A stretch of DNA of 32,000 bases from Candidatus Saccharimonadota bacterium. GTDB taxonomy: Archaea; Micrarchaeota; Micrarchaeia; Micrarchaeales; Micrarchaeaceae. Shown piece by piece: positions 17,221 through 25,746 of this stretch. The notes under the pieces are model-generated. The model was not told the DNA's origin and did no database searches. It saw only the letters and a program-made list of their open reading frames with translations. Position numbers and translations under genes: made by a program. The stretch's first letter is position 1, and the number at the start of each line of letters is the position of its first letter. The stretch spans positions 420,001 through 452,000 of the forward strand of contig NZ_CP019964.1 of assembly GCF_002214165.1 (NCBI RefSeq), in the 5' to 3' direction.

Positions 17221-18441
17221 ATGATCGTCATGAAAACTGCATACAAATATCGTGCATATCCTTCAAAGGAACAGAAGGGAACTCTGAATAGACAGATGTA
17301 TCTTTCAAAGGAACTATACAACCTGCTTCTTGAAAAGTCAAAGTCATACTATAATGAGACAGGAAAAACCTTAACGGAATTCAGGATGAACGTTTGGATA
17401 ACCAAATTAAAGAAGGAAAAACCGGAATTTGCGGAAATCCATTCTCAGGTGCTTCAGAATATCTCAAAAAGGGTGTCAGATGCATACAAACATTTTTTCT
17501 TGAGGTGCAAGGAGAAGAAGCAAGGAAAGAAGGTAAAGGCGGGATTTCCAAGATACAAGAAGTTCGTATCATCTTTGACATATCCTCAAACCAATGGCTT
17601 CAAGATAGAGAAGAAGAAGGTTGAACTTTCAAAAATAGGGAGGATAAATTTCGTGAACCACAGAAATATTGAAGGAGGAATAAAAACATTAAATATAAAG
17701 AAGACAAAATCACAGGAATGGTACATCACGATTGCTGTTGAAAAGGAGGACAAGCCATTCATTTCAAACGGTAAACCGAAGGTTGGTATTGATTTAGGAA
17801 TAATGCAATATGCCGCGCTTTCGGAAAATACAATACTCCAAAACGCAAAGATAACAAAACACCAGAGGAAACATTCAAGAGTCCTTCAACAAAACATATC
17901 GAGGAAAGAGAAGGGATCATCCAACAGAAGAAAGGCAGTGACAAGATTTGCAAGATACTCAGAGCATATTTCAAGGATAAGATTGGATTGCATACACAAG
18001 CTTTCAAATGAATTGGTGAATTCTTATTCATTCATTGCATACGAAGATTTAGAGATAAACAATATGGTGAAGAACCACAGATACGCAAAATCGATAAGTG
18101 AATCTTCTTGGGGAAATTTCACACAATTGCTGCAATACAAGGCTGAAAGCGCTGGTTGCGTGGCAATGAAAGTGAATCCTCAATACACATCAATGACATG
18201 CAGCAAATGTGGCAATGTGCAAAGCATATCGATATCCCAAAGAACATTCGTCTGCGAAAAGTGCGGGATGTCAATGGACAGGGATGTGAATGCGGCACAG
18301 AATATACTAAAGAGAGCTTTGAACTCCATCAGTCCAACTACCGAAGGGCATTCGGGAAGTCAAGCCTGCAGAGACGACATAAGACCTTCCGCAAGGGGGG
18401 CAGTTGCCTATGAAGCAGGAACTATATGGGTGGCATCATGA
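17221..18441 (+). CDS. tnpB: TnpB (OrfB) RNA-guided endonuclease of IS200/IS605 family
   Basis: N-terminal YKYRAYPSKEQ. RuvC triad contexts VGIDLG, IAYEDL and DRDVNAAQNI. Zinc finger CSKCG...CEKCG. Confidence 0.93.
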   Translation: MIVMKTAYKYRAYPSKEQKGTLNRQMYLSKELYNLLLEKSKSYYNETGKTLTEFRMNVWITKLKKEKPEFAEIHSQVLQNISKRVSDAYKHFFLRCKEKKQGKKVKAGFPRYKKFVSSLTYPQTNGFKIEKKKVELSKIGRINFVNHRNIEGGIKTLNIKKTKSQEWYITIAVEKEDKPFISNGKPKVGIDLGIMQYAALSENTILQNAKITKHQRKHSRVLQQNISRKEKGSSNRRKAVTRFARYSEHISRIRLDCIHKLSNELVNSYSFIAYEDLEINNMVKNHRYAKSISESSWGNFTQLLQYKAESAGCVAMKVNPQYTSMTCSKCGNVQSISISQRTFVCEKCGMSMDRDVNAAQNILKRALNSISPTTEGHSGSQACRDDIRPSARGAVAYEAGTIWVAS

Positions 18442-18517
18442 CGACAAATCATAACCACCTTGGAAGCCCACACTGTTTACAGGTGGGAGGATGTCACGAT
18501 TACATAATAATAGGGCA
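18330..18517 (+). ncRNA. Predicted TnpB omega RNA (reRNA): scaffold over the tnpB 3' end and RE, plus a ~20-nt guide read into merA
   Basis: By analogy with characterised TnpB systems. Extra stem ggtgg(18429-18433)/ccacc(18454-18458) plus the RE hairpin. The 5' limit is a guess and no expression data are available. Confidence 0.3.
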
Positions 18518-19898
18518 AGGAGCTGCTGCATTCTCCGCCGCCATAGAAGCCAATTCATTAGGGGCAAGGACATTGATGATTGGCAAGAACGAGACGGAAG
18601 GATCGCTCCTCGGTGGCACTTGCGTCAATGTTGGGTGCGTGCCAAGCAAGAGGCTTATCACGGTGGGGGAGTTCATCGATGATGTAAGGAAATCCAGATA
18701 TTACGGCGTTGATGCAGATGCAATCGTGGATTACTCAAAAGTGGTAGCGGAAAAGGACAAGCTTGTAAGCGGGATGAGATCCAAAAAGTACAAGGAGGTA
18801 CTGGACAAGCTTGCCAATGTTGATTTCGTAGATGGATTCGGTTCGTTAGGGGACTCTCATACCGTAATCGCCAATGGCAAGGAATACCATTCCAACCATA
18901 TACTTATAGCAACTGGAGCAAGGGCTTACATCCCGAGTATAAAAGGATTGGAAAGCATAAATCCACTGACCAACGAAGAAGCTCTTTCATTGAAAGACCT
19001 TCCCAGATCATTGATAATAATAGGGGGCAGGGCGATGGGGCTTGAATTCGCGCAGATGTTTTCGCATTTTGGCTCAAAGGTCACGGTCCTGCAGAGAAGC
19101 GGCACCATAATACCTGGATGGGAGCCCGTGCTGATAAGCAAGCTTGCCAATTATTTGAAGGATGACGGCATATCGGTAAACACCAATACTGCGATAAACG
19201 AAGTTGGGAAAGATGGCGGTGAAGAGTTTGTCAAGGCATCGGTAAACGGCAAGGAGGCAATATTCAAGGCCGAACGCATAATGTTTGCAACAGGAAGGCA
19301 GCCGAATGTAGAAAAGCTAAACTTGGGCGCAATCGGCTTGAAGACCGATGAAAAAGGGTTCATACAAATAAACAGCAAAATGGAAACAAACGTGCCCGGG
19401 ATATATGCGGCAGGCGATGTTACAGGAGAGCCAATGCTAGAGACTCTCGCAGGCAAAGAAGGTAAGATAGCGACGGACAACATGTTCACAAGGAATACCA
19501 AAGAGATAGATCTTAATGAAGTGCCACAGGCGATCTTCACGATGCCAGAGGCAGCGATGGTCGGATTGACAGATGACCAGGCACACGGGAAGGGGATAAA
19601 GTGCAGCTGCAATTCAATACCTTTTTCGATGATCCCCAAGGCCTCGATAATCGGGGATGAGAGAGGTGTCATAAAGGTTGTAATAGACTATGCAACCAAG
19701 CGCATATTAGGAGTCAGCATACTTTCTAGGAATGCGGCGGACTTAATAGCCGAAGCCACTTTGGCGGTGAAGTTCAAGCTTACAATAGATGACATCATAG
19801 ATACGGTGCACGTGTTTCCGACACTGAGCGAAGCGTTCAAGCTCGCATCGCAGAACTTCTACCAGGATATATCGAATATGAGCTGCTGCACAGCATAA
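18426..19898 (+). CDS. merA: Mercuric reductase MerA (core enzyme, no NmerA domain)
   Basis: DYIIIGQGAAAF (FAD fold), redox-active GGTCVNVGCVPSK, and a C-terminal vicinal Cys pair NMSCCTA diagnostic for MerA. Start is uncertain (ATG 18426, ATG 18438 or GTG 18483); all three lie inside the IS right end. Confidence 0.9.
   Translation: MGGIMTTNHNHLGSPHCLQVGGCHDYIIIGQGAAAFSAAIEANSLGARTLMIGKNETEGSLLGGTCVNVGCVPSKRLITVGEFIDDVRKSRYYGVDADAIVDYSKVVAEKDKLVSGMRSKKYKEVLDKLANVDFVDGFGSLGDSHTVIANGKEYHSNHILIATGARAYIPSIKGLESINPLTNEEALSLKDLPRSLIIIGGRAMGLEFAQMFSHFGSKVTVLQRSGTIIPGWEPVLISKLANYLKDDGISVNTNTAINEVGKDGGEEFVKASVNGKEAIFKAERIMFATGRQPNVEKLNLGAIGLKTDEKGFIQINSKMETNVPGIYAAGDVTGEPMLETLAGKEGKIATDNMFTRNTKEIDLNEVPQAIFTMPEAAMVGLTDDQAHGKGIKCSCNSIPFSMIPKASIIGDERGVIKVVIDYATKRILGVSILSRNAADLIAEATLAVKFKLTIDDIIDTVHVFPTLSEAFKLASQNFYQDISNMSCCTA
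18467..18487 (+). repeat. IS right-end subterminal hairpin
   Basis: cccac-a-ctg-[ttta]-cag-gtggg: same architecture and feet as the left-end hairpin. Confidence 0.7.
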
Positions 19899-19909
19899 GG
19901 TGAAGATCT

Positions 19910-20440
19910 TTGATTGGTTCGGCATTGAAATTTGTTTACAGCGAAAAACGCTATCTCCTATCAACCATAGCTATTGCAATCCTTATGGGTGCCCTTTATT
20001 ACTATTTAGTCCATATTGGAGGGCTATTCTACCCTATAATATTCGGCTCTATAGCGCTTGGCGAAATAACTGATATAGCAGGGTTCGCCTTGATATCCGT
20101 GTTGATGGGAATATCAATATCAATGCAGATATACTCCTATAAATTGACAAGATTGGACGATTCAAAGGGCGAGACTGCGATCGCGGTGATAACAGGGGTT
20201 TTTGCGCAAGGGCTATGCTGCACCCCGATAGTGGGAAGCCTCTTGGCCATGCTTGGGCTGTCAACATCTGCCTTGCTAACACTATCCGGCGCTATAAGCC
20301 ATACCTTTGCAGTGCTTGAGCCTATCCTGATAATCGCATCCATATTGCTCCTTCTTTACAGCATAAGGTCAACGGCAAAATCCCTGCTTTACTGCAGCAA
20401 GAGGGAGCTAAAGATTTCGCAAAAGACAAAAGGCGGATAA
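19910..20440 (+). CDS. Polytopic membrane protein with intramembrane vicinal cysteines (GLCCTPIVG); candidate Hg(II) transporter-like protein
   Basis: 4-5 predicted helices. The CC-x-P motif inside helix 3 resembles the MerT/MerF/MerC CCxxP signature. TTG start 11 nt after the merA stop. Confidence 0.65.
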   Translation: MIGSALKFVYSEKRYLLSTIAIAILMGALYYYLVHIGGLFYPIIFGSIALGEITDIAGFALISVLMGISISMQIYSYKLTRLDDSKGETAIAVITGVFAQGLCCTPIVGSLLAMLGLSTSALLTLSGAISHTFAVLEPILIIASILLLLYSIRSTAKSLLYCSKRELKISQKTKGG

Positions 20441-20441
20441 A

Positions 20442-21011
20442 ATGAAAAAGGTAAAAACTTTGTATAAACTAATGGCAATCGTGGTGATAATTGCGGCGGC
20501 CGTACTGCTGTACATGTATTCGGCAGGCACGTTTTCGCATAAAGTGTCCGCGGAAATCCTTTCCGCCGGAGAAAAGGCCCCAAATGAAAGCTTCACTCTG
20601 CTGAATGGGTCAACCGTGAATATAGGCAATTACCGAGGTAAGCCAATACTTGTCTGGCTTATGACCACTTGGTGCAGCTCCTGCGCCCAAAGCACATCGA
20701 CAATAGCGAATAATATGACCTTCTTCAAAGACCACAATGTAACAGTCTTTGAAATTGAAAATTACGAGGATCTTGGCCAAAGCGGCATGGCAATAGGCCC
20801 GTTTATAGATTATTATGCGCATAATTCGACAGGAGCGGATATGATAAAAGGAGGAATATCGTCAAAAGGGCTTACATTCACTTACAACCCTAAAGGATAT
20901 CTTGACATATACTACCTCATAGCCCCAAACGGAACAATCTATTATATAAATGGGAGCCCGGTGATAACGATGAATGATTTGAAGCAGGAGGTAACAAGGC
21001 TGGAGAGCTGA
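20442..21011 (+). CDS. Membrane-anchored thioredoxin-fold protein (TlpA/ResA/redoxin-like, WCxxC)
   Basis: N-terminal anchor LMAIVVIIAAAVLLYMY. GKPILVWLMTTWCSSCAQ active-site motif. The start lies 1 nt after the preceding stop. Confidence 0.8.
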   Translation: MKKVKTLYKLMAIVVIIAAAVLLYMYSAGTFSHKVSAEILSAGEKAPNESFTLLNGSTVNIGNYRGKPILVWLMTTWCSSCAQSTSTIANNMTFFKDHNVTVFEIENYEDLGQSGMAIGPFIDYYAHNSTGADMIKGGISSKGLTFTYNPKGYLDIYYLIAPNGTIYYINGSPVITMNDLKQEVTRLES

Positions 21012-21155
21012 TTTACGTCATTTCGAAGGTTCTGCCTCTGCTTTAATAATTAAAGCTTTGGTGCCCTTGCAGCAAGATTACAGGGTTCTTAACTTATACG
21101 GATGGACATTGCACAAAAATATTAATATTGTATAAATTCAAACATATTTGATTTT

Positions 21156-21725
21156 ATGTATTTTGAACCGACAAGCTTCAAATTGAAGGATGGAAGGGAG
21201 GCAGAGATAACAGACATAAAACCGGAGTACCGAGAAGATATGATAAACAATTATTTCTCTTACTTTGATGAAGTCGAAAAAGGTGAAAGCGCATACGGCT
21301 CCGATATAGGCATACTACTGTCCTATACCAAGGAGAGCTATGAGGATGAGGTTGAATGGTTCAACAAGAAGCTCAAGAAAGTCGAAAGCGACGAGCAGAT
21401 CGCGAGAGTGGCAATAGTTGACGGCCACCCTGTTGGGTTGATTGACATAAGAAAGGGAGGGCTTGGGAGGAAGCATATCGGCGAGCTTGGAATCGCAATA
21501 AGAAAGGACTACAGAGGGCTTGGAGTGGGCAAGGCCCTGATGGAAGACGCTCTGAGGCTTGCCAAAGGCTGGGTAAAGATAGCAACCCTTGCGTTATTCG
21601 AAGGCAATAAATCTGCATATACCCTTTACAAAAAGCTTGGGTTTGAGGAATACGGAAGGCTGGAGGATGCAATGGAGCTGAGGAACAAAAGCCTTACCGA
21701 GATATTGATGTTCAAAAAGCTGTAA
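21156..21725 (+). CDS. GNAT-family N-acetyltransferase
   Basis: Motif A: IAIRKDYRGLGVGKALMEDALRLAK, followed by NKSAYTLYKKLGFEE. Confidence 0.85.
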   Translation: MYFEPTSFKLKDGREAEITDIKPEYREDMINNYFSYFDEVEKGESAYGSDIGILLSYTKESYEDEVEWFNKKLKKVESDEQIARVAIVDGHPVGLIDIRKGGLGRKHIGELGIAIRKDYRGLGVGKALMEDALRLAKGWVKIATLALFEGNKSAYTLYKKLGFEEYGRLEDAMELRNKSLTEILMFKKL

Positions 21726-21861
21726 GGGCCGTCTTTTAAGGTATGCCTAAGACATACCTATATATCTTGTTTTCAGTTATCCTGAGATTTTTAGCAAACA
21801 AGATGCATGCTTATCCCAGCTTGGTGTTGCCGCTTCTCTCGCTTGCGGGCATTTTTAAAGA

Positions 21862-23232
21862 TTACAGTATTGACCTTGCCGCAGCAGATATGCCCTCGTT
21901 TGTTGTTGGGTGCTGGTCCGCGTAATCCGCGATCTGCCTTGCGCCCAATCCGTTTGCAACGGCAATCCCCAATTCGTTTATCAATGATGGCGAGTCTATC
22001 CCTATGACCCATGCTCCTATAGCCCTCAATGATCCTTTTTCAAAGAATATCCTTATCTCTCCCGGCAACTCATCGTACATCTGCGCTTTTGCGTCATTCT
22101 TGAACTTATAGATTCCTTCAAGATAATCTATCCCTCTTGCCTTTGCCGTGATTGGCGTAATTCCCACATATGATATTGGAGGGAATGTGAATATTGTAAT
22201 AGGTACCGCATCTGAATCAAAATAATCGATAGGCTTCCCGTTTGCCATTATATTGTTGGCAGCAACTATCGATTGCCTTACAGCCGAATGGAAATACGGC
22301 GACTTTCCATTGACATCCCCTGTTGCATAGATGTTTTGGATATTGGTTTTCATAGATTCGTTTACCTTCACAAATCCTCTTCCATCAATCTCCACTCCCG
22401 CTTTTTCTATTCCCTCTGGAAGCACGGGCTTTCTTCCTGTTGCCAATAGCACCATATCAGCAGCAAGCCACTTCTTGTTGCCTTGGCCGTCGGAGTAATG
22501 CACTACCTTCCTGCCCTCCTTTTCTTCCACGTTCTCAAGAGGCGAATTCATCTGTATGTCTATACCTTTGTCCATGTTGTCATTCAGGCCCGAAACCAAA
22601 TAAGGCTCAACCCTGCCCAATAGATTTCCACCCCTTACCAACATATGCACTTTTGATCCCAGTATAGTGTACATTGTTGCAACCTCCAATGCAATATATC
22701 CTCCGCCTATTATCGCTATTTCAGATGGCAGTGATCTTATACTTGATTTGTAAGTGAACAGGTCATCGCTTGTTATACAGTATTCTGATCCTGGAAATTC
22801 TACCTTGTTTGGTGTGGTGCCTGTCCCTATTATAATGTATTTTGCTTCGACTTCGTTGTCTCCTATCAATGCATGGTTCGAATCTTTCAATACGGCCTTT
22901 TCCGCTATGAACCTTATGTTCTTAAAATTCTTCAAGTCATTGGAATGCTGCAAGAAACGCGTCTCCTGCACATAATCTTTATGGTCCTGTATAAGGGAAT
23001 AGTCGATGCTTATCTTCTGCTTTAAGACTCTCTCCGTCCTTTCCTTAAGCTGCGCCATCTCCCTTACTGTTTTTGAAGGTATGCACCCCATGTAAAGGCA
23101 GTTTCCGCCAAGCTTGCCTTTTGGGTCTGCCATTATCACATTATACCCTGACTCGGCTAGCCTAAAAGCGGCAGGATAGCCGGCACCTCCTCCACCGATT
23201 ACAAGAACATCTGCTTTCTCCATTTCAATCAC
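21862..23232 (-). CDS. FAD-dependent pyridine nucleotide-disulfide oxidoreductase, dihydrolipoyl dehydrogenase-like
   Basis: VLVIGGGGAGYPAAF, redox CxxxxC GGNCLYMGCIPSK, NAD fold IAIIGGGYIALE, and C-terminal H-P-T-x-x-E (HPTTNEG). It lacks the MerA C-terminal CC pair. Confidence 0.85.
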   Translation of the reverse strand: MIEMEKADVLVIGGGGAGYPAAFRLAESGYNVIMADPKGKLGGNCLYMGCIPSKTVREMAQLKERTERVLKQKISIDYSLIQDHKDYVQETRFLQHSNDLKNFKNIRFIAEKAVLKDSNHALIGDNEVEAKYIIIGTGTTPNKVEFPGSEYCITSDDLFTYKSSIRSLPSEIAIIGGGYIALEVATMYTILGSKVHMLVRGGNLLGRVEPYLVSGLNDNMDKGIDIQMNSPLENVEEKEGRKVVHYSDGQGNKKWLAADMVLLATGRKPVLPEGIEKAGVEIDGRGFVKVNESMKTNIQNIYATGDVNGKSPYFHSAVRQSIVAANNIMANGKPIDYFDSDAVPITIFTFPPISYVGITPITAKARGIDYLEGIYKFKNDAKAQMYDELPGEIRIFFEKGSLRAIGAWVIGIDSPSLINELGIAVANGLGARQIADYADQHPTTNEGISAAARSIL

Positions 23233-23371
23233 TTATATTAATAGATGGAATTTTATAAAAAATTAACATTTAAAAATCAAGTATTCTAAATTAAACTTTA
23301 TTTTATATTTTGCAGTAAATAAAGGGATACAGGAAGCTTTATAATTAGGATTGCCAATTATATTGATAAGC

Positions 23372-24232
23372 ATGAAAATTTTGTCACTGCCCTCTTCAAT
23401 AGGGCTTGCTTCTAAAATTGCAAAAAATATAGGCTGTGGCGTGGCTGATTATAAATTGACAAGATTTCCGGACAATGAGATCTACACCAAGATAGATACG
23501 CCACTTGATGGAGAAGACGTTGTAGTTATCGGGAATACCAACACCGATTCCGATATAATGTCTTATTTATTCCTGCTTGATGCGGCAAAAGAGCAGAACC
23601 CGAAGAGATTAATTGCATTAATGCCATATTTTGGATACGCAAGGCAGCACAGGGTTTACAATAGAGGGTAGGCAATCGCGTCAAAGGTGATGGCACAGTC
23701 TATAGCGAACTCAGCGGACATGATGGCTGCGATAGAGCTCCATGATGAGCAGACTTTGAGCTATGTCTCCAAGCCCTTTGCAAACCTTAAGATAAAAAAC
23801 CCAATATATAATTTCTTCAAAGGCAAATCCATTGACTACGTAATATCCCCGGATGACGGCGGCTATTCCAGATCTCTTGACATGGCAAACCTTTTGGGGC
23901 GCAAGGCCTACTACATAGACAAAAAAAGGATGGATGCAAATACCGTGGAAATGAGACTGCCGGAAGTTGAATTCGAGGATAAGAACATACTTCTATTGGA
24001 TGACATGATATCAACAGGAAATACGATGGTTAGCGCTATAGACCTGATTTCGGACAAAGGAGCGGGCAGCATATACTGCTGTGCCATCCATGGGATATTT
24101 GCGGGAGAAAGCGATAGGAGGATAAAGGAAAAGGCGGACGGGCTTGTTGTCACAGATACGATACAGAGTGAGTACAGCAAGCTTTCAGTAGCCGAAGATG
24201 TAATTGCATACCTCAGGTCCATTGGCATTTAA
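23372..24232 (+). pseudogene. prs: Ribose-phosphate pyrophosphokinase (PRPP synthetase) interrupted by one in-frame TAG at 23669-23671
   Basis: Tracked ORFs 23351..23671 and 23687..24232 are in the same frame. Read-through gives PYFGYARQHRVYNRG*AIASKVMAQSIAN, with the stop where the family normally has Glu. Downstream motif ILLLDDMISTGNTM (PRPP loop). The likely start is ATG 23372. Confidence 0.85.
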
Positions 24233-25693
24233 GTGCTGAAATCAACGCTTTTGTGGTCCTCCGTAAGCCACTTCCATATAGGGACCAGCTTTATTTTTTT
24301 ACCTTTTATGCTTATCTTATCCTCTATATCCCAGGTTATTATTATTAAATTTTTACAATTCTGCTCGGTGCTTGCTTTTACCAAAGAATTGGTTTCCCTT
24401 TCCTTAATCTCATCAATTGATGAAGCATAAGTTACCTGTATCAAAGAATCTGTCTTGCCATCTTTTCTAAGCAAGAAATCAACTTCCAAATCTGAAGCAT
24501 CCTTCCAATAATACAATGAATAATTATTATTCCAATACTTGATTCTCCTCATCAATTCAACAGCGACTACATTTTCCATCAACCTTCCTTTGTCCTCCTT
24601 GCTCTTGAAATTTACAGCACATGCTATTCCAGTATCTGTAACATATAATTTCCTTGGCGCTTTCATGCTCTCTTTGAGCTTTGCTGAGAACCTTTCAATT
24701 CTGACATCATCCCACGATTAAATATCGTGGGCTTTCTGCTATGCATTTTGTAAATATAAGATAGGAATTTGAGATATAACTTACCCATTTGCTTATCGTG
24801 TTTGGTGTTTTCATGCCAACTATATTTTTTAGCTTGTTGTAAGTTATTTCATTTGAAAAGTTGGATAGAAGGTAATCTGAGAGCAATTTAAATTCGCTTG
24901 GATAACTGATTGAATATCTATGAGGGACATCTCTCTGAATTATATCTGAGTATAATTGCAATAGGTAATTGCTGCCTTCAACTAGAGCTAATGGAATGCC
25001 TCCTATCTGCATGTACTCCTGCAGGCTATCAATGATCTTTGAATGCCATTCACTCGTATATCTTTTCGTTTTTATATCAAATGATTTGTAATCTAGAAAT
25101 TCCTTAAAACTAAATGGGAATAATATAAAATCTATATGCCTGCCAACAAGATATGTAGCTAACTCTTTGTTCATTAGCCTTGCATTGCTGCCTGTTATTA
25201 TAACTTTTTTAGATATTGAGATTGAATTTACAAATCTCTCCCATCCTTATATGTTCTGTATTTCATCAAATATTATATTTTCAGTATTGCTATTCAATTA
25301 GTACATAGCTTCCAATACCTGATTTAGATCTTCAGCCTTTATGGAAATCCCAGGATCATCAAAATTTATATAAGAAAACTTACCTTCTGAGAATATCAAT
25401 TCCGCCAGTACCGACTTGCCGCACCTTCTTATCCCTGTTATTATCCCCACAATACCGTTTCCAAGTAAATTTTCATTTATCGACAGATAACTTTTTATTA
25501 TATGCCCTGAGAGCAGTTTATTAATTGATTCGTTCTGATCCGCAATAACTCTTACAATGATATCCTTAGGCACTATGATAATGTTATAGGTATAAATTTT
25601 TAATAATCTTTGTAGCGGCATTGCAAAGATTAGATAAAATATTTGTATTGACATTACTAAGATTGATAAGATTGTATGTATTATACCATACAT
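24229..25693 (-). pseudogene. AAA ATPase with DUF4143 C-terminal domain, disrupted (two in-frame TAA stops plus one frameshift)
   Basis: Walker A GIITGIRRCGKS. IIFDEIQNI*GWERFV has its stop at 25247-25249, and a further stop lies at 25298-25300. ...ITGSNARL...GRHIDFILFPFSFKEF. A frame change near 24706-24745 precedes RFSAKLKESMKAPRKLYVTDTGIA. The likely original start is ATG 25621. Confidence 0.8.
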
Positions 25694-25746
25694 TAATTTT
25701 ACTTCCGCCCGATACCTGCTATTAACACAAAAAATCGATTACCTGT

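Larger units (their letters stand above)
17141..18497 (+). mobile_element. IS200/IS605-family element, tnpB-only (IS1341-like, no tnpA), 1357 bp
   Basis: Matching 21-nt subterminal hairpins at both ends and an intact tnpB. Removing exactly 17141..18497 restores an overlapping arsR-stop/merA-start junction. The boundaries are inferred and not confirmed by a second copy. Confidence 0.72.

Noticed and set aside
18456-18497. HCLQVGGCH (His-Cys-x5-Cys-His) in the IS-encoded MerA leader as an acquired metal-binding motif
   Set aside because: The residues are simply the translation of the RE hairpin arms (cccac gives P-H, gtggg gives V-G) and their flanks. There is no evidence of selection, so it is probably coincidence.
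18491-19672. ORFs 18491..18682 (+), 18926..19150 (-) and 19151..19672 (-)
   Set aside because: They are alternative or antisense frames within merA, which has unambiguous motifs. Their composition is typical of shadow ORFs.
21373-22012. Small ORFs 21373..21672 (-), 21743..21925 (+), 21791..22012 (-) and 21807..22007 (+)
   Set aside because: They overlap or lie antisense to the GNAT and Lpd-like genes. They have Arg/Pro/Leu-rich shadow-frame composition.
23669-23671. In-frame TAG in prs decoded as pyrrolysine
   Set aside because: No pyl genes are in the window and TAG serves as the normal stop of fic (6962-6964). The family consensus at this position is Glu, one transversion away. Nonsense mutation or sequencing error is more likely, though this cannot be fully excluded without the whole genome.
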